Shown here piece by piece: positions 1 through 8,565 of a stretch of 32,000 nt of DNA. Below the pieces are notes generated by a model. The model did not search any database and was not told the DNA's origin. It saw nothing but the letters and a program-made list of their open reading frames with translations. Origin of the DNA: Haloferax volcanii DS2 (GTDB taxonomy: Archaea > Halobacteriota > Halobacteria > Halobacteriales > Haloferacaceae); the NCBI RefSeq assembly GCF_000025685.1, contig NC_013967.1, positions 2,730,001 to 2,762,000 on the forward strand, in the 5' to 3' direction. A program made the translations under genes and the position numbers. The stretch's first letter is position 1; each line of letters begins with the position of its first letter.

Positions 1-294
1 GAACTCCGAGTCGGACTGGCGAATCGACCAGCCGAGGTCGATGTTGCCGTTGTCGCGGACGTTCTTCACCTGAACGAACACCTCGTCGCCCGGCTCCCAG
101 TCGAGGGATTCGAGGCGGCGGTCGAGTTCGCTGCGGTGCAGTAAGCCAGTCACGTTCGAAGCGAGGTCGACGAAGACACCGAAGTCGGCGTACCCGTCGA
201 CGGTGCCTCTGTAAAATCGGCCGGGGACGAGCTGGTGGGGGCTATTGCCCCGGAATTCGAACCAGACGTCCTCCTCGTGCGTAATCCAATCCAT
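1..294 (-). CDS. S1/OB-fold nucleic-acid-binding domain protein, N-terminal part only (gene runs past the window start); possibly the N-terminus of a DHH/RecJ-like phosphoesterase
   Basis: Reverse-strand ATG at 294-292 gives MDWITHEEDVWFEFRGNSPHQLVPGRFYRGTVDGYADFGVFVDLASNVTGLLHRSELD...EPGDEVFVQVKNVRDNGNIDL, a classic S1 pattern. Absent from the ORF track because there is no stop in the window. A/T box at -26. Confidence 0.8.
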   Translation of the reverse strand, partial: MDWITHEEDVWFEFRGNSPHQLVPGRFYRGTVDGYADFGVFVDLASNVTGLLHRSELDRRLESLDWEPGDEVFVQVKNVRDNGNIDLGWSIRQSDSEF

Positions 295-319
295 TGCGTT
301 GAGCAAACAACCCCTAACT

Positions 320-330
320 AAAACGATTGT
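320..330 (-). promoter_or_regulatory. TATA-like A/T box for the leaderless S1-domain gene
   Basis: AAAACGATTGT (minus strand ACAATCGTTTT) lies 26-36 nt upstream of the ATG at 294. The identical 11-mer sits at the same spacing upstream of tdk. Confidence 0.55.
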
Positions 331-420
331 CGAAAAACGCTCAGGGGAGATTTGCGCGTGTGCGGGCGGGAAACCGCCGCTCCGTCGGTCGAAACGCGGG
401 AATTCGAGGCGAGGTTCGGC

Positions 421-1023
421 TCAGACGAGCGCGAGCGCCGCGGCGAGTTCCGAGAGGGCGCGGAAGCCGCCGAAGGCGTAGCCGAAGACCACGCCGGCGG
501 GGACGGCCGCGGCGAGCGCCGCCTTCGGAACCGTCGTCTGATGGACCTCGCTGATGCCGACGACGAGGAGCACCGCGCCGTAGACGGCGCACAGCGCGCG
601 GACGCCGGGAATCGGGAGGCTGGCGAAGGCGCACGGCGCGGCGGCGTAGGCGATGACCTGCACCGTCTCGCTCACCCCCGCGCGGCGGGACAAAAGCGGG
701 ATGAGAAGGGCCGTCTGGATGGCCGCCGTCAGGTGGAGGAGCGCCGGCGCGACGAACAGCGCGACGACGAGCAGGGCGACGAGCGCCGAGACGAGCGGGC
801 CGCCCTCGATGGCCGGAATCGTCGCCGGCTCGAAGGCGAACCCGAGGCCCTGATAGACGAGCGCTACCGCGATGGCGAACACGAGGCCGGGCGCTTGGTC
901 GCCGGGGGCGACGCCGTCGCGGAAGAACTGGCGGGGGCGAACGACCACAGCGACCCACGCGCGGAGGATGCCGGTCAGCCCGCGGTCGCGGCCCTCGCGT
1001 GGGGTTTCGACCCAAGTAGTCAC
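421..1023 (-). CDS. Yip1-family integral membrane protein
   Basis: C-terminal 200 aa of track ORF 421..1647, with about 5 hydrophobic helices (GLVFAIAVALVYQGLGF, LVSALVALLVVALFVAPALL, and others). The only start that does not overlap tdk is GTG at 1023-1021 (VTTWVETPREG...). It lies 8 nt downstream of the tdk stop, so it looks like an operon. Confidence 0.7.
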   Translation of the reverse strand: MTTWVETPREGRDRGLTGILRAWVAVVVRPRQFFRDGVAPGDQAPGLVFAIAVALVYQGLGFAFEPATIPAIEGGPLVSALVALLVVALFVAPALLHLTAAIQTALLIPLLSRRAGVSETVQVIAYAAAPCAFASLPIPGVRALCAVYGAVLLVVGISEVHQTTVPKAALAAAVPAGVVFGYAFGGFRALSELAAALALV

Positions 1024-1031
1024 GCTAGCCT

Positions 1032-1619
1032 CTAGTCCCGCCGGAGGGTATGACAGTTCCGGCACCGCGCCTCGTAGGACTCCTCCGCGCCGACGAGGAT
1101 AGTGGGGTCGTCTACGTGCGCGGGCTCGCCGTCGATGAGTCGCTGGTTCCGTGTGGCCGGCTCGCCGCAGAGGGTGCAGATGGCCTGCAGCTTGTCGACG
1201 TACTCGGCGAGCGCCATCAGTTGGGGAAGCGGGTCGAACGGTTCGGCGCGGAACGTCTGGTCGGTCCCGGAGACGACGACGCGCTTGCCGTCGGCGGCCA
1301 GCGCCTCGCACACGTCGACCAGCTCGGCCGAGAAGAAATTCGCCTCGTCGATGGCCACCACGTCCTCGCCGTTGAGTTCCTCGGCGATTTGCCAGACGCC
1401 CTCGCCCTCGGAGGGGACGACGCTCGCCTCCCACGAACGACCGGCGTGAGAGCCGACCGTCGTCTCGCCGTAGCGGTCGTCGAGCTGGGGTTTGAACACC
1501 GAGATCTCCTGACCCGCGATTTCGGCCCGGCGGAGGCGTCGGAGGAGCTCCTCCGTCTTCCCCGAGAACATAGAGCCGGAGATGACCTCTATCCATCCGC
1601 TCTGCGTGATGGCGTGCAT
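1032..1619 (-). CDS. tdk: thymidine kinase
   Basis: [29 protein letters not shown] (P-loop), VAIDEANFF, and a C-terminal zinc ribbon C.LCG...C..C. Length (195 aa) and motifs are typical of type II TK. Confidence 0.93.
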   Translation of the reverse strand: MHAITQSGWIEVISGSMFSGKTEELLRRLRRAEIAGQEISVFKPQLDDRYGETTVGSHAGRSWEASVVPSEGEGVWQIAEELNGEDVVAIDEANFFSAELVDVCEALAADGKRVVVSGTDQTFRAEPFDPLPQLMALAEYVDKLQAICTLCGEPATRNQRLIDGEPAHVDDPTILVGAEESYEARCRNCHTLRRD

Positions 1620-1645
1620 ATCCTGACTGGGGGACGAGGAGGGTC

Positions 1646-1656
1646 AAAACGATTGT
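1646..1656 (-). promoter_or_regulatory. TATA-like A/T box for leaderless tdk
   Basis: AAAACGATTGT lies 27-37 nt upstream of the tdk ATG (1619). It is identical to the box at 320-330. Confidence 0.55.
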
Positions 1657-1737
1657 TCATCTGCCGCGACGGTCGGGAGTCGAGACGGGTCGGCCGACCG
1701 AACCCACGCCGCGTTCGAAACAGCGCGTGGCGACTGC

Positions 1738-2316
1738 TCAGTCGTCCGCGCCGACGTTCTCGCCGCTTTCGAACGTCGGCGGCTCGGGCTCGATGTTGGC
1801 GTAGACGACCGCGTCGCGGCCGAGTCGCTCGACCCGCTCGCGCAGGTCCTCGCTCGCGAGGTCGTCGCCGTCGAACGACGAGGAGACGCGAGGGATGGCG
1901 ACCTGATGGGGGAGCACCCACGAGTTCAGCGACCGGCAGACCGACCGGAGGTGTTCGAGGGCGGTCACGGGAAACGACCCGCCGGCGACGGCGAGTAGGC
2001 CGACGGTCTTCTCTCCGAACTCGTCGAAGCCGCAGTAGTCGAGGGCGTTCTTGAGGATTCCGGAGTACGAGCCGTGGTAGACCGGCGTCCCGAGGATGAC
2101 CGCGTCCGCGCCGTCGACGACGCGGACGAGTTCGGCCGAGCCGCCCTGCTCGTCGAAGTCGGCGTCGAGCGGCGGGAGGTCGTACTCGCGGAGGTCCACG
2201 AGTTCCGTCGTACCGCCGGCGGCCGACGCGCCGGCGAGGGCGTGTTCGAGCGCCAATCGGGTGTAGCTGCGGTCGCGGAGACTGCCGCAGATGGCGACCA
2301 CGTGTGGCTGCGTCAT
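1738..2316 (-). CDS. NADPH-dependent FMN reductase family protein (flavodoxin-like fold)
   Basis: MTQPHVVAICGSLRDRSYTR...DAVILGTPVYHGSYSGILKNALDY matches the NADPH-dependent FMN reductase signature. Start taken at the ATG at 2316; the upstream part of the track ORF is Arg/Ser-rich junk. Confidence 0.85.
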   Translation of the reverse strand: MTQPHVVAICGSLRDRSYTRLALEHALAGASAAGGTTELVDLREYDLPPLDADFDEQGGSAELVRVVDGADAVILGTPVYHGSYSGILKNALDYCGFDEFGEKTVGLLAVAGGSFPVTALEHLRSVCRSLNSWVLPHQVAIPRVSSSFDGDDLASEDLRERVERLGRDAVVYANIEPEPPTFESGENVGADD

Positions 2317-2413
2317 ATCCTGTGTCTCCGTGACTGCGTGAAAACCCCGTCGGCCGCCTCCGGGCGTGTCGGACGGGCGCAACACACAGGGAGCCGGGGG
2401 GCGAAAACCAACC

Positions 2414-2755
2414 GTGAACGTCGTCTTCCACGTCTCCAGCGCCGACCTCGGTGACTGGCGACACGCCATCCGCAACGTCCGAAACCTGCTCGACGACGAG
2501 ACGGTCGAGACGGACACTGTCACCCTTCTTGCCAACGGCGACGCGGCGCTCCTGTTTCTCGATGACTCGCCCGTCCGCGACCGCCTCGACTCGCTGTTCG
2601 AGGCCGGCGTCCGCTGTTGCGCCTGTCGGAACTCCCTCGACGGCCGCGGGTTCGACGCCGACCGCCTGGCCGACGGCGTCGAGGTGGTTCCCTCGGGCGT
2701 CGGTGAACTCGTGACGCGACAGGCGGCCGGCGACGCCTATCTGAAAGTGCCGTAA
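2414..2755 (+). CDS. DsrE/DsrF-like family protein
   Basis: VNVVFHVSSADLGDWRHAIRNVRNLLDDETVETDTVTLLANGDAALLF...CACRNSL...VPSGVGELV resembles small DsrE-like proteins. Start is ambiguous between GTG 2414 (113 aa) and in-frame GTG 2366. Confidence 0.7.
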   Translation: MNVVFHVSSADLGDWRHAIRNVRNLLDDETVETDTVTLLANGDAALLFLDDSPVRDRLDSLFEAGVRCCACRNSLDGRGFDADRLADGVEVVPSGVGELVTRQAAGDAYLKVP

Positions 2756-2768
2756 GCGTCGGCGCGCG

Positions 2769-3413
2769 TCACCCCGAACCGACGAACTCCCGGAGCACCG
2801 TCGCCTCGGCCTTTCGGAGTAGCTCGCCGGCCGTACTCGTCGAGCAGTCGAGCGCGTCGGCCACGTCCGCGACCGACCCCTCGCGAGGGATTTCGTAGTA
2901 GCCGGTCGAGACCGCGGTCTCCAGCGCGGCCCGCTGTCGGTCGGTGAGCTGCGAGGGAGACCGCCGCCGGTCGAAGGGTTGCACGCGCTCGACCGTGAGG
3001 TCGCCGAGCGCTGCGATGTCGTCGTAAAACGCGCTGAGCGCCGACACCTCCCCGACCGCCTCGAACCGGACGGATCCGGTGGCGTGGAACACCACCGGCG
3101 GGAGGAAGATCACCCGCGAGTCGGCGATGACTCCGAGAAGCGGGTCCGCGAACTCGTAGTCGCGCTGGTGGAGGAAGCCGTAGGTCCCCTCCGCGCCCTC
3201 GACGAAGTGCGCCCGAACGAGCGAATCGACGCCCGAAACGAGCGCGTCGGCCGCGTCTCGGTCGCCGTCGAACCAGAACAGCGTCGTCGCGTCGGCCGTC
3301 GGACTCCACATCAACAGCTCCGCCCGGTCGACCGGCGAGTCGCGCATCATCCCGCGCTGGAGCGGGTGGACCAGTCGGTCCGGGTAGTCGACCGAGAACT
3401 GGGCGTGTTTCAT
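2769..3413 (-). CDS. HTH_10 (bacterio-opsin activator-type) DNA-binding protein
   Basis: C-terminal LTDRQRAALETAVSTGYYEIPREGSVADVADALDCSTSTAGELLRKAEATVL is the canonical haloarchaeal HTH_10 motif. Start is the ATG at 3413 (MKHAQFSVDYP). Confidence 0.88.
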   Translation of the reverse strand: MKHAQFSVDYPDRLVHPLQRGMMRDSPVDRAELLMWSPTADATTLFWFDGDRDAADALVSGVDSLVRAHFVEGAEGTYGFLHQRDYEFADPLLGVIADSRVIFLPPVVFHATGSVRFEAVGEVSALSAFYDDIAALGDLTVERVQPFDRRRSPSQLTDRQRAALETAVSTGYYEIPREGSVADVADALDCSTSTAGELLRKAEATVLREFVGSG

Positions 3414-3447
3414 TCCGTTTCGACCGACCGTTTTTCGGTCCGGTATA

Positions 3448-4452
3448 TCAAACGCGGTGGTGCGATTCGGCGGCGGCGGTCGACCCCGGAGAGGCGTCCG
3501 AAGCATCCGGGTCGAGCGACCCCGCGGCACGGCACTGTTCGTCCAGCGCGTCGGGGACGCTCCGGAGAAGCGTCCGGAGGTGATCTGCGCCACGCACCGC
3601 TCGAAGCCGCGCGCCGGATATCTCGGATTCGAGGCGTCTCGCGCCGGCTATCGGGACGTTCGTGTCGGCGTCGCCGTGCCACAGGGACACGTCGGCCTCG
3701 ATGTCGTCGAAGGGAATCCCCCACCGCGCGGCCGCGGTTCGGAAGTCGTCGACCGCGCCCCGCCGCGAGCGACTGACCCCTGCCACGAAGTCGTCTCGAA
3801 CCAGCGCGGCGACCCCCTCTGGAACCGCTCCGTCCGCGTCGTCGGCCGTGTACTGCGCGACGACGACCGAGGGGTCGAGTCTGTCGGCGAGCCACGCCTG
3901 TCCGCGGAAGAGATAGCCGAGGAGCGCCGGCACGTTCGTCGCCAGCCACGACAGGAGTCGTTGCGTGCCGGGCGTCTCCTCGCGCGCTCCCGGAGGAACC
4001 GCCCCCGCGACGACGCTCACGTGCCGAACCCTGTCCGGCCGCGCCGACGCGACAGCCAACGCGTCGCGGCTCCCACCGGAGAACGCGACGACCCCCGCCG
4101 ATTGCGCGCCGATGTCGTCGAGGAGCGCGTCGAAGAAGTCCGCGGGTGTCGGTTCCGCGGGTCGCTGGCTCGGGTCACCCGATTCCTCGGGTATCGGGCA
4201 CGGCGACGAACGGCCGTAGCCGGGTCTGTCGGGCGCGAGGACTCTGATTCCGCGTTCCTCAGCGGGCGCGTCGAACAGCGCCCCGAGGAGGCGCGACCCC
4301 GGCGCGCCGTGGAGAAACACGACTGGGATGCCGTCGGAATCGCCGTACTCGGCGTATGCGAGTCGCCCTCCGCCGTCCAGCGCGAGGGTCTTCGCTTCGG
4401 CGGACTCCGCGGCTTCGCGAGGGTCGAACGACGACGCGTCGCGTGTTGCCAT
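3448..4452 (-). CDS. alpha/beta-fold hydrolase
   Basis: GIPVVFLHGAPGSRL...LAPDRPGYGRS...VVAFSGGSRDA (nucleophile elbow)...LWHGDADTNVP...GADH. Start is the ATG at 4452 (MATRDASSF). It lies 34 nt upstream of the HTH_10 gene on the same strand. Confidence 0.85.
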   Translation of the reverse strand: MATRDASSFDPREAAESAEAKTLALDGGGRLAYAEYGDSDGIPVVFLHGAPGSRLLGALFDAPAEERGIRVLAPDRPGYGRSSPCPIPEESGDPSQRPAEPTPADFFDALLDDIGAQSAGVVAFSGGSRDALAVASARPDRVRHVSVVAGAVPPGAREETPGTQRLLSWLATNVPALLGYLFRGQAWLADRLDPSVVVAQYTADDADGAVPEGVAALVRDDFVAGVSRSRRGAVDDFRTAAARWGIPFDDIEADVSLWHGDADTNVPIAGARRLESEISGARLRAVRGADHLRTLLRSVPDALDEQCRAAGSLDPDASDASPGSTAAAESHHRV

Positions 4453-4560
4453 CGAGTGTACGTAGTCGGAACCGAGGGGTGCGACTGCTGCCGGACTAGT
4501 CCGGTGGGATAAATGCGGGCGACGAGACAACCGCGGCGAGCGCCATCAACGGAGCGCAGG

Positions 4561-5478
4561 CTACTTCGCCAGCGAGACGCGGACGCCGTCGTCGCCCTCC
4601 GCGACGTCGACGAGGCCGTCGGATTCGAGGTCGTCGACGAGACCGCGGAGCCACTCCGCTCCCGTGTCGCCGCCGTAATCGACGCGGACTCGCGGCCCCA
4701 ACTCCGAGAGGCCGAGTTCGTCGTACTCGCCGAGAATCCTGACGACCCGGCCGCGGAACTGCCGCCGACTCCCTTCGAAACTCGGCTGGGTCGGCACGTC
4801 GGGCGCGGTGAAGTCGCCGGTCTCGTAGGCGTGGCAGAACCGCCGCCACGGACAGCCGGACTCGTCGCAGGTGGGCGTCTTCCCGCAGGCCACGCCCCCC
4901 AATTCCATGATGGCGTTGTTCCAGACGCGGGACTCGCCGTCGGGCATGAGTTCCGAGGCGGCGGCTTCGAACGCCGCGTCGTCGTCGGGGACCGCGAAGG
5001 CGCGGTGCAGCACCCGCTTGACGTTGGTGTCGACCACCGCGTCGCCGTTGTTGAACGCGAAGGAGGCGACCGCGTTGGCGGTGTAGGGGCCGACGCCCAT
5101 CAGCTCGGAGAGGCCGTCGGGCGTCCGGGGGAACTCGCCGCCGTGGTCCTCTTCGACCTGCCGAGCGGCCTCGTGGAGGTACTTCGCGCGGTTGTTGTAG
5201 CCCAGTCGGTGGTCCGTCCAGAAGCCGACCACGTCGGCGCGGTCGGCCGCCGCGAGGTCGGCCGTCGTCGGCCACTCGTCGAGGAACGCCTCCCACGCCT
5301 CGACCACGCGGCCGAGTTGGGTCTGCTGGCTCATCACCTCGGAGACGAGAATCTCGTAGGGGTCGTCGGTGCGCCGCCACGGGAAGTCCCGGTGGTCGGC
5401 CTCGTACCACTCGGTGAGCGCGGACTGGACTGCTTCGCGGTCGAGGTCGGCGGGGAGTTCGGACGACGCGTCGCTCAT
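4561..5478 (-). CDS. mutY: A/G-specific adenine DNA glycosylase (MutY-like, HhH-GPD family)
   Basis: FPWRRTDDPYEILVSEVMSQQTQ, LMGVGPYTANAVASFAFN, VDTNVKRVL, and an Fe-S cluster loop CGKTPTCDESGCPWRRFC. Confidence 0.9.
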   Translation of the reverse strand: MSDASSELPADLDREAVQSALTEWYEADHRDFPWRRTDDPYEILVSEVMSQQTQLGRVVEAWEAFLDEWPTTADLAAADRADVVGFWTDHRLGYNNRAKYLHEAARQVEEDHGGEFPRTPDGLSELMGVGPYTANAVASFAFNNGDAVVDTNVKRVLHRAFAVPDDDAAFEAAASELMPDGESRVWNNAIMELGGVACGKTPTCDESGCPWRRFCHAYETGDFTAPDVPTQPSFEGSRRQFRGRVVRILGEYDELGLSELGPRVRVDYGGDTGAEWLRGLVDDLESDGLVDVAEGDDGVRVSLAK

Positions 5479-5582
5479 CGCCCCGGCTTGGGACGGCCGG
5501 CGTTTAGCCGTGGCGATGCCGGAGCGCGGTCCTTCCCGCGCGGTCGAAACGCGTATCCCCGTGACGGCCCCATCGCCGGGCG

Positions 5583-5906
5583 ATGACGCTCGACGAACTC
5601 ACAGACGACGTTGACGCGGCTTACGGAGACCTCGGAGACAGCCTCGACGTGTCGCTCGACCGCGAGACGCGACACGAACTCGCCATGCTCGTCGCCCTGT
5701 TCGACCCCGACGACGCGGACGAACTCGTCCGCCGGGCGGTCCACGCGCTGTTCCAGTCGGAACTCGACCGCGGCCAACTGGACTTCCACCTCCGGCAGGG
5801 CTACGACGTGACCTACGACGAGTACCTCGCGGGGATGACCTACGACGAGATGACCGGGCAGTCGCAGGCCCCGCCGCGGGACGACGTGCGCCGCTATCAG
5901 ATGTAA
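5583..5906 (+). CDS. hypothetical acidic protein (107 aa)
   Basis: Intact ORF with haloarchaeal acidic composition and GC3-rich codons. Divergent from mutY, with an A/T patch (cgcgtatcc) about 30 nt upstream. No family recognised. Confidence 0.65.
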   Translation: MTLDELTDDVDAAYGDLGDSLDVSLDRETRHELAMLVALFDPDDADELVRRAVHALFQSELDRGQLDFHLRQGYDVTYDEYLAGMTYDEMTGQSQAPPRDDVRRYQM

Positions 5907-5948
5907 ACGCGGCCGAGAGCGACCCGCCCCGCTCCGACCAGACCCGAC

Positions 5949-6416
5949 TCAGACGATTTCGGCTTCGATTTCGACGCCGTCGATGCGGCGGTAGCGGTGG
6001 GGTTCGCTGTCGCCGCCGTCGCCGTCACTGTCGCCGTCGCCATCGCCGCCACGGTCGACCTCGAACGCCCGGAGGAGCACCACCAGTCGGCCGTCGCCGA
6101 GGTTGGCGCGGAGGACGACGCCCTCGCCGGTGACGACCACGTAGGGCGGGGCCGCGACGGGCGGCGCGGCCATCGGTCGACCGGTAGCCGTCACCGCGTC
6201 GGCGAGCGCCCGCGGCAGGCGAGACAGCGCGCCGGATCCGTCGAGCGCGCGCCTGAACGGGGGCACGACGCGCTCGCGGTCCGTCACGGAATCGCCGTCC
6301 CACTCCGCGGTGACGGCGGTGGCGCACTGGCCGACGACGGTCAGCAGTCGCTCGTGGTCGTCGCGGAGCACGCGGACGGCCTCCTCGGGCCCGGCGGTGG
6401 GTGTCGCGTCAGTCAC
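5949..6416 (-). CDS. hypothetical protein with a C-terminal Asp/Gly repeat
   Basis: C-terminal 155 aa of the 691-aa track ORF: VTDATPTAGPEEAVRVLRDDHERLL...VDRGGDGDGDSDGDGGDSEPHRYRRIDGVEIEAEIV. The rest of that ORF is antisense to fumC and bolA. GTG 6416 is supported by an AATAAAAA box 26 nt upstream. Confidence 0.55.
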   Translation of the reverse strand: MTDATPTAGPEEAVRVLRDDHERLLTVVGQCATAVTAEWDGDSVTDRERVVPPFRRALDGSGALSRLPRALADAVTATGRPMAAPPVAAPPYVVVTGEGVVLRANLGDGRLVVLLRAFEVDRGGDGDGDSDGDGGDSEPHRYRRIDGVEIEAEIV

Positions 6417-6438
6417 GACCCGAGGTGCGTCGTCCCCG

Positions 6439-6446
6439 AATAAAAA
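6439..6446 (-). promoter_or_regulatory. TATA-like box for the 5949..6416 gene
   Basis: AATAAAAA (minus strand TTTTTATT) is centred 26 nt upstream of the GTG at 6416. Confidence 0.5.
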
Positions 6447-6479
6447 CCTCCGCGAGCGCGGTCGCCACCTCCCGGACGC

Positions 6480-6484
6480 TTTTT
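6480..6484 (+). promoter_or_regulatory. TATA-like T-run for leaderless bolA
   Basis: gcTTTTTcc is centred 28 nt upstream of the ATG at 6510. Confidence 0.45.
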
Positions 6485-6509
6485 CCCGGCGCGGGCCGCC
6501 AGTACGCAC

Positions 6510-6773
6510 ATGGAACTCGCCGCCATCGAGGACCTCATCGAATCGCACATCGAGGACGCCGACGCGACGGTCTCGCGGCCGCGAACGGTCGACCAGGACC
6601 ACGAGGACGACCACTACGCCGCCGTCGTCGTCTCGCCCGCCTTCGAGGGGAAGTCGCTCGTCCAACAGCACCAGCTCGTCTACGACGCCCTCGGCGACCA
6701 CATGACGACGGACATCCACGCGATGGAGCTGAAGACGTACACGCCCGAGGAGTACGCGGCGCGCGAGGAGTGA
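6510..6773 (+). CDS. bolA: BolA family protein
   Basis: 87 aa: [49 protein letters not shown] matches the BolA motif (H...V.S..F.G....RH..V...L......IHA). Confidence 0.88.
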   Translation: MELAAIEDLIESHIEDADATVSRPRTVDQDHEDDHYAAVVVSPAFEGKSLVQQHQLVYDALGDHMTTDIHAMELKTYTPEEYAAREE

Positions 6774-6887
6774 CCGAACCGCCGCGGTCGCCGCGGCCGT
6801 CGCGGTTGGCATGTCAGCCGACGCGCCGACTGACGCGCCGCGCGACCGCCGACAGTCGCGGCTGTCAGTGAGGCGCACGGACCAATG

Positions 6888-6895
6888 GATTTTAC
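6888..6895 (+). promoter_or_regulatory. TATA-like box for leaderless fumC
   Basis: GATTTTAC is centred 29 nt upstream of the ATG at 6921. Confidence 0.5.
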
Positions 6896-6920
6896 CTCCT
6901 GCCAAAACGACCCCCGAATC

Positions 6921-8330
6921 ATGGGCGACGATGATTATCGAATCGAGCGGGACAGTCTCGGCGAGATGGAAGTGCCTGTCGACGCCTACTGGGGCGCACA
7001 GACCCAGCGGGCGGTCGAGAACTTCCCAATCTCCGGCATCACCTTCGGGCGGCGGTTCGTCCGCGCGCTCGGCGTGGTGAAGAAGGCCGCCGCGCAGGCC
7101 AACCGCGACCTCGGCATGATAGACGAGGGCGTCGCGGCCGCCATCGTCGAGGCCGCCGACGAGGTCATCGCCGGCGAACTCGACGACCAGTTCCCCGTCG
7201 ACGTGTTCCAGACCGGTTCGGGCACGTCCTCGAACATGAACGCCAACGAGGTCATCGCCAACCGCGCCGCGGAGATTATGGGCGAGGGCATCGGTGACCG
7301 CGTCGTCCACCCGAACGACCACGTCAACTTCGGCCAGTCCTCCAACGACGTGATTCCGACGGCCATGCACGTCGCCTCCCTCGAAGCCGTCGAGAAGGAC
7401 CTGCTTCCCGCGCTGGAGACGCTCGCCGCGGCGCTCGGCGACAAGGAAGCCGAGTTCGACGGCGTCGTCAAGACCGGCCGAACCCACTTGCAGGACGCCA
7501 CGCCCGTCCGCCTCGGACAGGAGTTCGGCGGCTACCGCACGCAGGTCGAAAAGGGTATCCGCCGCGTCGAGAACGTGCGCGAGCACCTCGGCGAACTCGC
7601 GCTCGGCGGCACCGCGGTCGGCACGGGACTCAACACGCACCCCGAGTTCCCGGCGAAGGCAGCCGAGTACATGACCGAGGAGACCGGCGTCGAGTTCCGC
7701 GAGGCCGACAACCACTTCGAGGCGCAGGCGGCCCACGACGCGATGAGCGAGGCCCACGGCGCGCTCCGCACCGTCGCCGGCTCCCTGAACAAAATCGCAA
7801 ACGACCTCCGCCTGCTCGCGTCCGGCCCGCGCAACGGGCTCGGGGAACTCGAACAGCCGGAGAACCAGCCCGGCTCCTCCATCATGCCCGGGAAAATCAA
7901 CCCGGTCGTCGCGGAGGCGGTCAATCAGGTCCACAAGCAGGTCGTCGGCAACGACGCCGCCGTCTCCGCCGGTGCCGCGGAGGGCCAAATCGACCTCAAC
8001 CTCTACAAGCCCGTTCTCGCGCACAACTTCCTCGAATCAGCGAAGCTGCTGGCGAACTCCTCGGAGGTCTTCGCCGAGCGGTTCGTCGCCAAACTCGAAG
8101 CTAACGAGGAACACTGCGAGACGCGGGTCGAACAGTCGATGGCGCTGGCGACGGCGCTCAACCCCGCAATCGGCTACGACAAGGCCTCGAAGGTGGCGAA
8201 GAAGGCGCTCGCTGAGGACAAAAGCGTCCGACAGGTCGCCGTCGACGAGGGCTACCTCACCGAGGCGGAAGCCGACGAGGTGCTCGACCCCGAGAAGATG
8301 ACCCATCGCGGCATCCTCGGCGACGACTGA
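6921..8330 (+). CDS. fumC: class II fumarate hydratase
   Basis: MGDDDYRIERDSLGEMEVPVDAYWGAQTQRA and the GSSIMPGKINP signature. Start moved from the track ATG 6885 to ATG 6921 on promoter spacing and N-terminal conservation. Confidence 0.95.
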   Translation: MGDDDYRIERDSLGEMEVPVDAYWGAQTQRAVENFPISGITFGRRFVRALGVVKKAAAQANRDLGMIDEGVAAAIVEAADEVIAGELDDQFPVDVFQTGSGTSSNMNANEVIANRAAEIMGEGIGDRVVHPNDHVNFGQSSNDVIPTAMHVASLEAVEKDLLPALETLAAALGDKEAEFDGVVKTGRTHLQDATPVRLGQEFGGYRTQVEKGIRRVENVREHLGELALGGTAVGTGLNTHPEFPAKAAEYMTEETGVEFREADNHFEAQAAHDAMSEAHGALRTVAGSLNKIANDLRLLASGPRNGLGELEQPENQPGSSIMPGKINPVVAEAVNQVHKQVVGNDAAVSAGAAEGQIDLNLYKPVLAHNFLESAKLLANSSEVFAERFVAKLEANEEHCETRVEQSMALATALNPAIGYDKASKVAKKALAEDKSVRQVAVDEGYLTEAEADEVLDPEKMTHRGILGDD

Positions 8331-8351
8331 GCTCCGGCGAAAAGCAGTCCA

Positions 8352-8357
8352 TTTTTT
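8352..8357 (+). terminator. T6 run after fumC, followed by a GC hairpin at 8371-8387
   Basis: TTTTTT lies 22 nt after the fumC stop. Oligo-T is the usual archaeal termination signal. gagcggg-cga-cccgctc forms a 7-bp stem. Confidence 0.6.
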
Positions 8358-8437
8358 GATACGTTGAGTCGAGCGGGCGACCCGCTCGGTTCGGGTCGCG
8401 TTCGCGTCGATTTCGGTCAGTTCAGCCGCGAAGACGG

Positions 8438-8446
8438 TTATATTTA
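8438..8446. promoter_or_regulatory. Orphan strong TATA-like element (TTATATTTA)
   Basis: This is the best TATA match in the window but sits about 125 nt from the nearest start codon. See the finding on 8331-8565. Confidence 0.35.
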
Positions 8447-8531
8447 CTCGGCTCGCGGTAGCAATCGCACTCCGGCGCTGCCGTGACAGTTACCCCCGAG
8501 TGAAGAACTGTCACGAAATCTCGAAAATCGG

Positions 8532-8539
8532 TATTTTGA
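8532..8539 (+). promoter_or_regulatory. TATA-like box for the leaderless zinc-finger micro-protein gene
   Basis: TATTTTGA is centred 30 nt upstream of the ATG at 8566. Confidence 0.5.
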
Positions 8540-8565
8540 AGCTTGATTTTGACGATTATACCAGT

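Noticed and set aside
421-1647. 408-aa minus-strand ORF
   Set aside because: Its N-terminal half overlaps tdk in another frame and is Arg/Gly-rich junk. Only the Yip1-like membrane domain (421-1023, GTG start) was kept.
5949-8024. 691-aa ORF on the minus strand spanning bolA and most of fumC
   Set aside because: It is antisense to two confidently identified genes. Its composition is Arg/Gly/Val/Ala/Leu-rich and non-acidic, the usual stop-poor antisense frame of high-GC DNA. Only the last 155 codons (5949-6416), which lie outside the other genes, look like a real protein.
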